A DNA stretch of 64,000 nucleotides, taken from Felis catus. Its lineage: Eukaryota. Shown here in pieces: positions 40,239 to 53,409 of this stretch. Positions within the stretch are counted from its first letter, which is position 1, and each line of letters begins with the position of its first letter. The stretch is taken from assembly GCF_018350175.1 (NCBI RefSeq), contig NC_058368.1:48858001-48922000 (forward strand). The letters run 5' to 3'. Below the pieces are notes generated by a model, which was not told where the DNA came from, did not search any database, and was given only the letters and a program-made list of their open reading frames with translations. A program made the translations under genes and the position numbers.

Positions 40239-41146
40239 TTTAGCGGGAGGGTAGTGCTGAGGCCCAGTTATGGTGGAAGGTGTAATGGATACGTGATGAG
40301 AAATCAAAGAGCTCAAGCACAGCAGTCCTCTGCAGAACCTGGCTATGAAGGAAAGAATTAGAATGGTTGTTGGAAACAGTGGCAGGGTTGAGGTTTTCGT
40401 TGTTGTCGTTTATTTTGCTTGTTTTATTAATGGGAGATAAAAATCCCTGGTTGGGACAGGGTAAGATCAAGATATTTTAAAAGTTTGCAAGAAAGAAGAG
40501 GGAATAACTGAAAAACAGATCCTCTAGCACATGGGAATGAATGGAAAAGTTTGCCCCTTCAGAGGTGATGGGGAAGGCAAATCTGGAAGCCCTGTGCTTC
40601 TCAGCGAAGCTGGAAGCGGAGTCATTTGCTGAAGCCTGAAGAGAGTGATAACACTTGGGGAGTTTGAAGGAGGAAGTGAAATGTTTGAGATTGAGGAAAA
40701 TGGGAAAGGAAATTGAACAGAAACATAGGCAGCATGAATCTGTGGTGATACCAAATTAAACTTGTTGAGTTTCCTCAGCCAGAATAGGTGTTGGAATAGG
40801 TGTCTGAGTGGAGAAATGAAACAGTTCTATCAATTGAGGTTTGGGGTCTTGTAAGGCAAGTGCGGCAGGGGTAATCAGTTGAGGCTAACAGTAAGAGGTT
40901 TTCAGAAGGGAGGGGTCAGAGGTTCCTCCCTTATTTTCTGCTAGCATGTGTTGTCACCTGGTGGATGCACAAGCTTTGTACTGATTGGGCCTGTCTCGAG
41001 AGGGACTCGTGTGAGAAGAAAATCAACCTTCCGGGACTGGAGTTCCATTCATCTTATAGAGTAGGGTAGTGGGACTGAAAAAGTAGGAATCTGGAAGGAT
41101 TGGTGGTGAAAAAGAAAAAAGAGTCTGGACTTTCTGGTTGTCCTAG

Positions 41147-41538
41147 TGCATTAGTCTGCCTGGGCTGCCCTAGTAAAATACCAGAGTGGCTTAAACAACA
41201 GAAGTGTATTTTCTCATAATTGTGGAAGCTGGAAGTTCAAGATCGAGATGCTGCTGGCAGGATTGGTTTCTCCTAAGGTCTGCTTGCTTGGCTTTCAGGT
41301 GGCTGCCTTCTCTGTGTCCCCACATGGCCCTTCTTTTGTCTCCTCACATCCCTTGGTGTCTCTTTCTCTTCTTCTAAGGACATCGGTCCTACTGAATTAG
41401 GGCTTCGCTCTTATGAACTCATTTAACCTTAATTACCTCCTTAAAGGCCCCGTCTTCAAATACACCCACACTGGGCATGAAAGCCTCAACATATAAATTT
41501 GGTGGGGAGGGGTGGGGAACACAATTTGGCTGCTAATA
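41147..41538 (-). mobile_element. MaLR solo LTR (MLT1-type)
   Basis: tgcattagtctgcctgggctgcc...ggcttaaacaacagaa...ctcatttaaccttaattacctc; 5-bp TSD cctag at 41142-41146 and 41539-41543. Confidence 0.92.
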
Positions 41539-41852
41539 CCTAGGCACAGTGTGGTTTAGGACAGTGAGTTGCTGAGATAAAGAGTGAGTGAAGATGATCA
41601 GAATTGAGGCAACCTTCCAAAAACTATTACTCTCACAATACTGTGACCCTACATTTTCTGATTAGTTTTTTTGAGTTATCATGTTTCAGTGGGGTTTTGA
41701 CTAAATTTGCAAAGTAAGGCTATTAGAATAATAATAACCACCAGTGATGATAATTAAATATAATTACTGTATTTATTTATAAAACATGCAATATTTATCT
41801 ACGAAACTTAGAGATCGCTAAAACATTTCACCTTAAAAAAAAACATCCAACT

Positions 41853-42062
41853 GGGGACGCCTGGGTGGCTCAGTCGGTTGGGCGTCCAACTTTGGTTCGG
41901 GTCATGATCTCATGGTTTGTGGATTCAACCCCCTCATCGGGTTCTGTGCTGACACCTCAGGGCCTGGAACCTGCTTCAGATTCTGTGTCTCCCTCTCTCT
42001 CTCTGCCCCTACCCTGCTCGTGCTCTGTCTCACTCTCAAAAATAAATAAATTAAAAGAAAAA
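41853..42062 (+). mobile_element. Can-SINE
   Basis: Full body; imperfect TSD aaaaca(a)t(gt)ccaac. Confidence 0.95.
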
Positions 42063-42088
42063 AACAATGTCCAACATTTTAGGTCAAG

Positions 42089-42197
42089 TTGGCTTTCAGA
42101 TGATTGCTTTCTCTGTGTCCCCACATGGCCTTTCTTTTGTCTACTCACATCCCTTGGTGTCTCTTTCTCTTCTTCTAAGGACATCGGTCCTACTGAA
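42089..42197 (+). repeat. 109-bp direct copy of 41288-41396 (LTR-internal segment)
   Basis: Ungapped alignment by eye, 6 mismatches in 109 bp. Confidence 0.93.
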
Positions 42198-44206
42198 AGA
42201 AAAAAGTCTCTCTTTCTGTGTATGTATGTATGCATGTATGTATGTGTGTGTGTGTTTGTGTATCCACATAGCTACCACACTTTTTTTTTTGCCTCTGAAG
42301 AAGCTCATTTGAAAGTAAATGTAATTGACATGAATATTCACGTGGAACAATCTGTTTTTTACACGGAATAGCAAACATTTTATATGTAATAATCCAATTC
42401 TGCAAATGGTCAGTGACATGCTTAGTTTGTGTTTTTATGTATTTATATGGCACCTATTTTCATTGCTGATAAATGCCAGAGAAACCTAATCAGGAATTAC
42501 TTTTAGTGTCATTTCTCTAAAGAGGAAAGTGAGGCTTCAGAACAGTATATAATTAGCCAAAGATTAGCAAGACGCTGGCAGGAGAGTTTAGCCACCACTT
42601 TTGGCTACCTGTTTCATTGGCACATATTTAATTATTTCTTTCTATAAGTAAATGATTTTTTTAAGGTTGATTCATTAGACACATCTTCCCTAAGAAGCAC
42701 AAAACTTATTTTAAAGTAAAGAAGGTAAGGTACTGTCTAGTGAATCAACTTGTTAGCCTTCATCTCAGAAATAGGGCAAGGAATACCACCCAAATCCATG
42801 GTTCCAGGTCTTATGAACTAGAGCCTAGACTTTGGGAATGTCCCTTCACTGCTCAGGCTCAACAGCTCATGAGGCTCAGAGATGTTTGGTACAATCTCTT
42901 CTGTCTAAACTCCTATGTGTCAATAACCTTTGTTTTCCAAGAATTCTAAAGATGTCCAAAGAGGCAATTCTGATACAGTTATAGTCCTTGATTCTGGGAG
43001 ATACCACCAAGGATACAACATGGTATATAATTTGCTGGAAAAACTGAATCCTGAAGACTGTTTTTTATACAAGTGTGTCTGCATATGTCAAAAGGCATTG
43101 TGCAAAGTCTTACAAGTAGATTAATTGTATTTGATTTAATTCATACATATCCAAGATGAGATAGCAGTGGAATACATTGATTAATCAGATATAATCAGTA
43201 TCAAAATTAGAAACCATTGGATTAAGAGCTGTTACAAATAGATTAAAATGATCAATCTTTAAAAATCATTTAGTGAGGAAAAACTGAGGTTATAGAAGCT
43301 TTGCCTGTGTAAAAATTGAAGGGATAAATTTAGTTATAAAAATATAAAAAGAGGTCTGAAATGTAACAAATGCCTTGAAACAGTAAACAAATAAAACTGA
43401 TGGTTCTATCACTAGATTCTATCTCAAAGATAGAGTAACGTGATGTGAAAATAAGGTTCTCCAAAAATTCTTGAACTATATTCTAGGCAACATAACATGA
43501 TTATGAAAATCCTAAAACACTTGCAAGACATTCGTAACCAGTATTTCTTGGCTCCAACTATAACAGATATTGAGCAGTTTAAAGATAAGCTCTGAGGCAT
43601 GCCATTTATGGCAATTTCTAAGTATAAACTTTCTCATTAGGCCAAGAATGTACATGCTTGAAGAGCCTGGAAAGAAACAGATTGGAGAAAAGAATAAAAT
43701 AGAAAAGACTGTATCAACACGAGAACGTATCTGGATTACCAAGATTCTATTTAATGGATACACAAAACAAGGTAAATTTAAAAAGTGATGGCAGAGAACT
43801 GGGAGCTCTATCCAATTGCATTTAAAATTTGAATCTGGAACGAGAATAAAGAAACAACCTTAGAACTGAAAGTTAATCAATTAAAAACCTAACCTAAATA
43901 TTTTCCCCATTGCTATAATTTTTTTTTTAAATTGAAAAGGAAAATGATTTTCTAAACATTACGAATTTATTTCCTTTTTTCTGGATACTGAGTCTGCTAA
44001 TCTTACTTCCATTTTATCTTCTGAATGAAGTTTCTAACCTAGCAGAGAACAGTCAAACTAATTGTTTAGCCACACCCATTGCTTTCATACACATGTATGC
44101 ATATATAAATGCGGGGGTGCTTACCTGCCTTGCCCACTACACTTCATTACCCTCTGTCCTAGAGCAAACGTGGTTTCTTTAAAGTTTAAAAATATTATTA
44201 CTACAG

Positions 44207-45883
44207 AATCTACGGATTTAATGCAATCCCCATCAAACTACCAATAATTTTTTTTTCACAGAACTAGAATAAATAATCCTAAAATTTGTATGAAGCCATA
44301 AAAGACCATGAATAGCCAAAAAAATTTTGAGAAAGAGCAAAGCTAGTTATCACAATTCCAGATTTTGAGATATACTACAAAGCTGTAGCAATCAAAACAG
44401 TCAGGTACTGGCACAAAAAAACAGACTTATAGATCAATGAAACAGAGTTAGAGAGCCCAGAAATAAACCCGCACGTACATGGTCAATTAATCTACAACAA
44501 AGAAGGAAACAATGTACAATGGGGAAAAGACAGTCTCTTCAACAAATGGTATTGGGAAAACTGGACAGCTACAAACAAAGTAATAAAACTGAACCACTTT
44601 CTTATGCCATACATGAAAATAAACTCAAAATAGATTAAAGACCTGAATGTGAGACTGAAAACCATAACACTCCTAAAAGAAAACATAGGTAGTAATCTTT
44701 TGGACTCAGGCTTTAGCAAAATATTTATGGATATGTCTCCAGAAAGGCAAGGGAAACATAAGCAAATTATATGGATTATACCAAAATAAAAAGCTTTTGC
44801 ACAGCAAAGAAACCATCATCCAAACTAAAGGCAACCTACTGAATGAGAGAAAATATTTGCAAATGATATATCTCATAAAGGGTTAATGTCCAAAATAAAT
44901 AAAGAACTTGTACAACTCAACACCAAAAAGCCTCAAATAGTCTGATTAAAACATAGGCAGAGGATCTGAATAGACATTTTTTCAAGGAAGACATACAGAT
45001 GGCCAACAGACACATGAAAAGATGCTCAATATCACTCACCATCAGGAAAATACAAATCTAAACCGCCAATAAGATATCACATCAGTCAGAACGGCTAGTA
45101 TCAAAAATACAAGAAATCACATGTGTTGGTGAAGAAGTGGAGAAAAGAGAACATTTATGCACTGCTGGTAGGAATGTGAATTGGTGCCATCACTGTGGAA
45201 AACTGTGGGGAGTTTCCTCAAAAAATTAAAAATAGAAACACCACACAATCCACTTATTTCACTATTGGGTATTTAACCCAAAGAGAACAAAAGCACTAAT
45301 TTGAAAAGATACATGCACCCTATATGTTTTCTTGCAGCATGATTTACAATAGCCAATATTATAAATCAACATAAGATATGGAAACAACAGAAGTGTCCAT
45401 TGACAGATAAATGGATAAAGAATATGTAGTATATACATACAATGGAATATTATTCCGCCATAAAAAATCAAGATCTTTTCATTCGTGACAACGCGATGAA
45501 CCAGAGGGTATTAAGTTTAATCAGATAAGTCAGACAGAGAAAGACAAATACCATATGGTTTCACTTATATGTGAAATCTGAAAAACAAAACAAGCAAACA
45601 GACACAGAATCATAAATATATGGAACAAACTGGTAGTTGCCAGGGGGATAGATGAAATAGGTAAAAAGGTTTGAGAGGTACAAACCTCTAGTTATAAAAC
45701 AATAAGTCTTGGAGATGAAAGTACAGCATAGGGAATATAGCAAATAATATTGTAATAATGTTGTGTGGTGACAGGTGGTTGTGGTGAGCACTGCATAATG
45801 TATAGACTTGTGAATCACTATGCTGTATACCTGGGGCTAATATAACATTGTATGTCAACTATACTTCAATAAAAATTTAAAAA
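44207..45883 (+). mobile_element. 5'-truncated degenerate carnivore L1 (ORF2 3' third plus 3'UTR)
   Basis: Starts atctacggatttaatgcaatccccatcaaa; homologous to the 57.9-59.3 kb ORF2 but with stops and frameshifts; ends caataaaaa. Confidence 0.95.
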
Positions 45884-47107
45884 TCTATTTATTATTACAT
45901 TTTAACAAATTAGCTAAAACTTAATCTTAGAAGGCTCCAGGTGCTTTAGAATGAATTGGGAAATTACTTGGGGGAAAATAGGAGGTTCCTTACTGAATTC
46001 AGGGAGCCTGGATCTTAAAACACTTTGTGGTTTATTTCCAAATATTACCTTCTTCAATTTCTCCAGAAATCTCCCTTCACCTTGAACTCAGATGCCTGAT
46101 TGTTGAATCTTTCTAGGATCATGTAATGCATAAAGCTGTTGGTCTATACTAGATGTTATTCAAACTTACTCAAGAGGTTTTAGACTCTAAAACAGTGCTT
46201 AAATTTGTTCTGCGCGTCTGCCTTGGCATTCGTGTTCTGTAGGGGAAGTCTTATGATTCCTAATTTTAGGGTGACAAGTTCAAAGCAGGCATTCTTTATG
46301 GACTAAATCCAGCTTTCCCAGGAAGGTTTATCTGTCTCCCCATCCGTGCTGTACAATATACCAGTTGTACCTCTCTGATATGGTTTCCTATAAAGCATTT
46401 TATTTTCAGTCGTGGACTCAATGGGCATTACAGAAGCAAGCATCTTCTGAGGCTGGAATTCCAGTAGCAGCAGGGATGCAGGTGAAATTGAGATTTGTCC
46501 TTACCTAGGGATTATCTCTCATTGGTGACTAATGGAAACTTTTTGTCAAAGAGAAATCAAGGTATTACTTATAGGTTGCAGTTCGTTTATCCAGTGCAGC
46601 TATATTCGGAGAGTTCATTTCTAGTGTTCATTTCTTTTGTCAGGAAGGAATTTCTGTCATTTATTTGAGAATGTAGTGCTTTCCTTACCCACCACACATC
46701 AACTAAACACCACATCTTCCCTTACACAGCATCCATCAAACAACAGTAGTCAAGGAAAGAGAGAGAGGAGGGGAAAAAAAAGAAACCTCCCACATAACTG
46801 GCAGTCTGCTTAGCAAAAGCTCAGGCTGCATTAGACAGTTGTATTAGAAGTCACGGTTAGAAACACAGGCAGGAAGGGTAGTGCTTACACTGTTTTTCCC
46901 TATTAATTACTAGGAGTAATATATAATTTTAAACTGTATATTTTAATAATATGGCTCAGCTTATTTATCAAACATAACAAAGGGACCTCTTGCTGTACAT
47001 ATTATGAATAATTACATTAAAGCAACGCTTCACCTGGAAGAAACCATGGCATATACATGATCTCAGAATTTACCAGAAGGCATGCTACCTCATTTTCTTA
47101 ATAATTC

Positions 47108-47108
47108 C

Positions 47109-47154
<46 letters not shown>
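47108..47154. repeat. (TTTA)n microsatellite
   Basis: About 11 perfect units. Confidence 0.92.
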
Positions 47155-47156
<2 letters not shown>

Positions 47157-49372
47157 AAGCACCAATGAACAAAGTAATCTCACATGTTGGCTAATTAAGT
47201 GAGGTACAGATTAGATTTATGACATTTAGAAACCTGTACAATTATGACTTTATAATTACTGACTATAGGGAGTGCACTGAGTCCTATGAGAGCCAAAGCA
47301 ATAAACTAGAAAGAGTTTGTTTTCCTGCTAGAAGTATATTCTGTAGTTCTCTTTCTGGTAATTGCAATGACACACTGGCTGCAACATTCAACTAGTCATA
47401 TTCGACTTTATTATCCTAAAGGCCATTTTACTAGACATACTATATGCTAAGATTAATTTTATATTTGATTCAGTATTCTAGATGTGTATGTGGATGGTAA
47501 TACAGATACTAGACTTTCATCTGATTCCTATTATATCCTGCATAGCTTTAAACCACAATGCAAAGCACTGGTTTCTCGTTGTTAATTTAGTTCTTTAAGA
47601 CTGACTAAGGTTCTGCAGTAGTTGCTTTGATGTTGGTGATGCAGAATAATGCTTTTGACTTCAGACAAAAGGTACATCTATTTGGAATATATTTAGTTTG
47701 TGTTTTTATGTATTTATACGGCATCTCATGCTAAAGATGAGAAGGATTGTATGTCAAGTCATGAAAGATAATCGAATTATCATAATATTTTAACTGAATC
47801 ATTATAATTTAATTATTAAACATAATTTAATTATTATAAAAATTTAATAATATAATATCCACAATAATATTTACTTAGTAGGGTCAGAGTTATCTGAAAG
47901 AAAACCATCTGTATGGAAAAGACATATATTCACAGGATCCATAATATATTAACTTGTATTTTACCTGGGTTAGAATACCTGGGAGAAAAGAGGAAAATGA
48001 GCATTTATTGAAAACCTACTATGATCTAGATATCACATTGGGTGTTGAATGTGCTTTTTGGTGCAGTTAATGCTCTCCTCAACACTGGTAGGTAAAAAGG
48101 AAATGCAACTTGATCATGGTCAAGGAGACAGGATTTAATCAGTTCTGTTTTACAAAAGCTGCATGGTAATGCTTCTCCATTTAAATACACCAAAAGCCAC
48201 TTTAAAGATCATTAAATTGGCTAAAAGCTATAAGAAAAATGAATGTTCCTCTTTTTATGGCATATTTTTGAATATTTCCAGTAGTAATGATTAGAAGCTG
48301 AATACAGCTAAATGGTTGAACGTATATAATTTGCTTCTTCTTACAGACCATGTTTTATCTCATGATTTCCTAAACTAATTACAATACTAGATTTATCTAT
48401 TAATTTCCAAAAGAAGGTAAATACAGTTATGGTGAGAGTATATAAATACCAACTTACTTGGCCCTAGCAGAGCTTGTCCACAATACACAAAGCATTTAAT
48501 ACTCACTACCAACTCATTCTTCAAGCACTGACTCTCCTGACTGCTTTGGAGCTCTCTATCTGATCCCTTGGACATCTCAGGGTCTTCTTTCCTCCCAAGT
48601 TCACTAGGAACTTGACCCGCTTTTTTTCTAATGTTTCATTTCCAATCATCTCTTTCCAGTTTTATAATTTCACAATTAACTCATTAGAGCCACAACTCTG
48701 GATTTATTTTAGTGTTTGTTGATGAGTGTCTATATTTTTACTTGCATTATTGCTTCATATAGTGAATGATTCATTTGTTCAACACACAACAATTGTGTGC
48801 TAATTATGTGTAAGGCTCTAATCTGGATGTTCTAAAAGACATAAAGATGATTGTTAATTTATGCCGAATTCAAGACAGTTAGCTACTATCTGATGGGCAA
48901 GATAAGCATAGGGAGAACAAACTATAACTCAGATAAGAATTAGATTAAACTAGTGGAGACTAGAGAAGATAAACCTTCCCTACAGATATACTATTGTGTC
49001 TTGAGATAAATAAAAAGTAAAAATCCTAGGTTTTTAGCACCTGAGTAAATAGGGACGAAGTGATATGTTGTAATGTTTGATCATGCAATACTAAAAACAA
49101 AACAAACCCACAAAACAAGGCTATATGTGTCTGTTTAATTCCCTACCCTGACTTCTAACTTCTTAGGTTGTAAGGGCCTTGTGGGAAGAGACTGTTAATC
49201 ATCTGGGTTTTTCTATAGTTTTACTAGGCTGTGTCTAGATTATAAACATGACACGTAACTCCACTTTTCTTTTCTATGCAGAAGAGGCCTTCAACTGATC
49301 CTGAGGTTCTCAAAGGAGCCAGCAATACATACATTCTATATTATTATTCTCACTTAAGATCACGTAGTTTGA

Positions 49373-50030
49373 CAAAAATGAACTACTGGGACCTCATCAA
49401 AATAAAAAGCTTCTGCACAGCGAAGGAAACAATCAGTAAAACTAAAAGGCAACCGACAGAATGGGAGAAGATATTTGCAAATGACATATCAGATAAAGGG
49501 TTAGTATCCAAAATCTATAAAGAATTTATCAAACTCAACACCCAAAAACCAAACAGTCCAGTGAAGAAATGGGTAAAAAACACGAATAGACACTTCTCCA
49601 AGGAAGACATCCAGATGGCCAATCGACACATGAAAAAATGCTCCACGTCACTCATCATCAGGGAAATACAAATCAAAACCACAATGAGATACCACCTTAC
49701 ACCTGTCAGAATGGCTAACATTCACAACTCAGGCAACAACAGATGTTGGCGAGGATGCGGAGAAAGAGGATCTCTTTTGCACTGTTGGTGGGAATGCAAG
49801 CTGATGCAGCCACTCTGGAAAACAGTATGGAGGTTCCTCAAAAAACTAAAAATAGAACTACCCTATGACTAAGCAAATGCACTACTATGCATTTATCCAT
49901 GGGATACAGTTGTGCTGTTTCAAAGGGACACATGCACCCCCATGTTTATAGCAGCACTATCAACAATAGCCAAAGTATGGAAAGAGCCCAAATGTCCATC
50001 GATGGATGAATGGATAATGAAGATGGGGTG

Positions 50031-50084
<54 letters not shown>

Positions 50085-50422
50085 GGAGTATTACTAGGCA
50101 ATCAAAAAGAATGAAATCTCGCCATTTGCAACTACATGGCTGGAACTGAAGGGTATTATGCTAAGTGAAGAAAGACTTCACTCATATGAGGACTTTAAGA
50201 GACAAAACAGATGAACATAAGGGAAGAGAAACAAAAATAGTATAAATACAGGGTGCGGGACAAACCAGAAGAGGCTCATAGATATGGAGAACAAACTGAG
50301 GGTTACTGGAGGGGTTGTGGGAGGGAGGGATGAGCTAAATGGGTAAGGGGAATTAAGGAATCTACTCCTGAAATCATTGTTTCACTATATGCTAACTAAT
50401 TTGGATGTAAATTAAAAAAAAA
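49373..50422 (+). mobile_element. 5'-truncated feliform L1 (ORF2 C-terminus plus 3'UTR)
   Basis: ORF track gives [17 protein letters not shown]...[18 protein letters not shown] then a premature stop; TSD aagat(c/t)a(c/t)gtagtttga at 49356-49372 and 50423-50439. Confidence 0.97.
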
Positions 50423-50713
50423 AAGATTATGTAGTTTGAAACTAATATGATTCCCCCTGCCCCTAAAACTGTCACTTGCATGAGGATTATATTCAGTTAG
50501 GTTAATGAAATACAACATACATAAAACATGACATAGCTTTAGGAGATAACATTTGAATGTAATTTTTGTAATTTATTACAATCGGTAGGATGAATATAGT
50601 GTTAACCTCATTTTGGGTGATAAATTTAGATAACTTGAATACAGATTAGGTCTTTAAATTTTCTTCCCTTTCTATATATTGCCAAAAACATACATAAATT
50701 CCATACATTTTTG

Positions 50714-50937
50714 TGTCAGTTGGGTTAGACTAGGTCATGTTGTGGTAATAAACACTCCTGAGATCTTATTGACCACAAAGGTTTATTTCTTATTTTAATC
50801 TTTTGCCCATCAGGAGTTGACTGGAGACCTTGGCTCATTTATCCTTACTCCAGGGCCCAGGCTGATGGAGTTGACCTCATTCTGAAGGTTGCTGTTTGCC
50901 AACGCAGGTGGAAAGAGACTGTGGTAAATTCTGCACT
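50714..50937 (-). mobile_element. Old MLT1-type LTR relic, host of the following L1; probably resumes after ~52575
   Basis: tgtcagttgggttagactaggtcatgttgtggtaataaac, caaaggtttatttctt, ccagggcccaggctgatggag. Confidence 0.55.
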
Positions 50938-52331
50938 CTTTTTTTTAAATTGAGACATAATTAACATATAATATTTTATTAGTTTCAGGTGTACAACATG
51001 ATTCAATATATGCATATATTGCAAATGATCACCACAGTAAATGCAGTTAACATTCATCACCACACATGGTTACAACTTTTTTTATAATGAAAACCTTTTC
51101 TTTTTTGAGACAGAGACTGTGCACAAGAGTATGTGAGTGGGGGAGGGGCAAAGGGAGAGGGAGAGAGAGAATTTTAAGCAGGATCCATGCCCATATAGAG
51201 CCTGATGCAGAGCTCAGTCTCATAACCATGAGATCATAACCTGAGCTGAAATTAAGAGTCGGATACTTCATTGACTGAACCACCCAGACACCCCAAGATT
51301 TCACCTTTTTGATGGATGAGTAATATTCCACTGTGTATATGCACCACATCTTCTTTATCCATTCATCAGTTGATGGACATTTGGGCTCTTTCCATAATTT
51401 GGCTATTGTTTATAGTTCTACTATACATGTGGGGATGCATGTGCCCTTTTGAAACAGTATTTTTGTATCCTTTGGACAAATACCTAGTAGTGCAATTGCT
51501 GGGATTTAGGGTAGTTGTATTTTCAACTTTTTGAGGAACTTCCATACTATTTTCCAGAGTGTCTGCACCAGTTTGCATCCCTACCGACGGTGTAAGAGGA
51601 TTCCCGTTTCTCCACATCCTTGCCAACATCTGTTTTTTTTAAGTTGTTAATTTTAGTCATTCTGACAGGCGTGAAGTGGCATATCATTGTGGTTTTGATT
51701 TGTATTTCTCTGATGATGAGTGATGTTGAGCATTTTTTCATGTGTCTGTTAGCCATTTGTACATCTTCTTTGGAGAAATGTCTGCTGATGTCTTCTGCCC
51801 AATTATTAACTGGATTATTTACTTTTTGCCTGTTGAGTTTGGTAAGTTCTTTACAGATTTTGGATACCAGCCTTTTATCTGATATGTCATTTGCAAATAT
51901 CTTCTTCCATTCTGTAGGTTGCCTTTTAGTTTTGTTGATTTTTTTTTTTACTGTGCAGAAGATTTATATCTTGATGAAGTCCCAATAGTTCATTTTTGCT
52001 TTTGTTTCCCTTGCCTCTGAGACATGTCTATTAAGAAGTTGCTGTGGCTGAGATCAAAGAAGTTGCTGACTATGTTCTCTAGGATTTGGATGGTTTCCTG
52101 TCTCACATTTAGGTCTTTTACCCATTTTGAATTTATTTTTGTGTATGGTGTAAGAAAGTGGTCCAGTTTCATTTTTCTGCATGTTGCTGTCCAGTGTCCC
52201 CAATATGATTTGTTGAAGACACTTTTTCCATTGGATATTCTTTCCTGCTTTGTTGAAGCTAATCTTAATTGTAGGTCCATTTCTGGATTCTCTATTCTGT
52301 TCCATTGACCTGTGTGTCTGTTTTTGTGCCA
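50938..52331 (-). mobile_element. 5'-truncated L1 (ORF2 3' part and 3' terminus) with a SINE inside
   Basis: Frameshifted ORF2 peptides ([35 protein letters not shown]) and an L1 3' end at 50940-51090. Confidence 0.93.
51096..51294 (-). mobile_element. Can-SINE within L1
   Basis: gagatcataacctgagctgaaattaagagtcgga...cacccagacacccc. Confidence 0.92.
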
Positions 52332-52353
52332 GTGAATTCTATATTAACTCTTC

Positions 52354-52574
52354 TTTTTAAAAATTTTTTAGTGTTCATTTTATTTTTGAGAGAGAGAGAC
52401 AGAGTGTGTGCAGGTGAGGGGCAGAGAAAGAGAGGGAGACACAGAATCTGAAGCAGGCTCCAGGCTCTGAGCTCTTAGCACAGAGTCTGATGCAGGGCTC
52501 AAACCCACAAACTGTGAGATCATGACCTGAGCAAAGTCAGACACGCTTCAATGACTGAGCCACCCAGGTGCCCC
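52354..52574 (-). mobile_element. Can-SINE
   Basis: Full body; degenerate TSD tatattaactctt / tgtactaaccctt. Confidence 0.95.
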
Positions 52575-53409
52575 TGTACTAACCCTTAAAGGTTCCCAGA
52601 GGTAACACAGAGCACTCCTAGAACAGGACATATGGGGAAGTGGTAAGCTGAATTCTATCATGTACTCTGAAGGAGAACCACAAGTATTTGGTGAATAGCA
52701 CTAATGATTACCAGAATCATAATTTTAGTTCCTCAAAATAGTAAAAACTGATAAAGCAAATCTAGTATGTAAATCAGCATGTCAATGTGGAAAGCTATCC
52801 AGGTAGGCAAACAGCATCATTAAGAGTTTTCTCAGCTCCCCTTTGCAGCAAACCTCCTCAAGAGTTAGCTACACTCACTCTCTTTGATTGGTCCCTTCTC
52901 ATTTCTCAGCAACCCATTCTAATCCTATTATTTTCTTTTTATTCACTCTGTTGGAACCACAGTGGCCTCCCTTCTCTCTCTCCCTCTCTCTTTTTTTTTA
53001 ACCTCTGTGAACATGTTGGGCACAATTCCCTCTTAGGACTCCCCTTTGTCCTGACACCTGATTTATCTGTAGATAAATCCGTTGCTTTACATGGAGGCTG
53101 AGGGTCTCTCTGAAAACAACCCAGTCTGTCAGTCTGGGCTCTTATGTTCGGACATATGCAATTTTGACTGATAAGTAGGGTTAAACCTGGTAGAAGCAGA
53201 ACTGCAGGGGAAAAAAATGGAGACATCTAAAAGTAAAATGACGAAGTTATTAAATAGAATAAGCTGGAATGAACAACAAAGCCTGAGTGCTGGAGAGAAG
53301 AGGTGTTTTGGGTATTACAAGGCAGCTGATTGGGAAGTTCATTCCAATCCAGCCACTGTGATGTATATGTGTGTCCTGAGAGAAAGGTGTACGTGTCTGT
53401 GTGTGCATG

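Noticed and set aside
41865..42371. 168-aa ORF
   Set aside because: Read-through of a SINE, the duplicated LTR piece and a microsatellite.
49276..49872. 198-aa ORF with an ORF2-like C-terminus
   Set aside because: Chance upstream ATG fused to a truncated L1 ORF2 with a premature stop and no promoter head.
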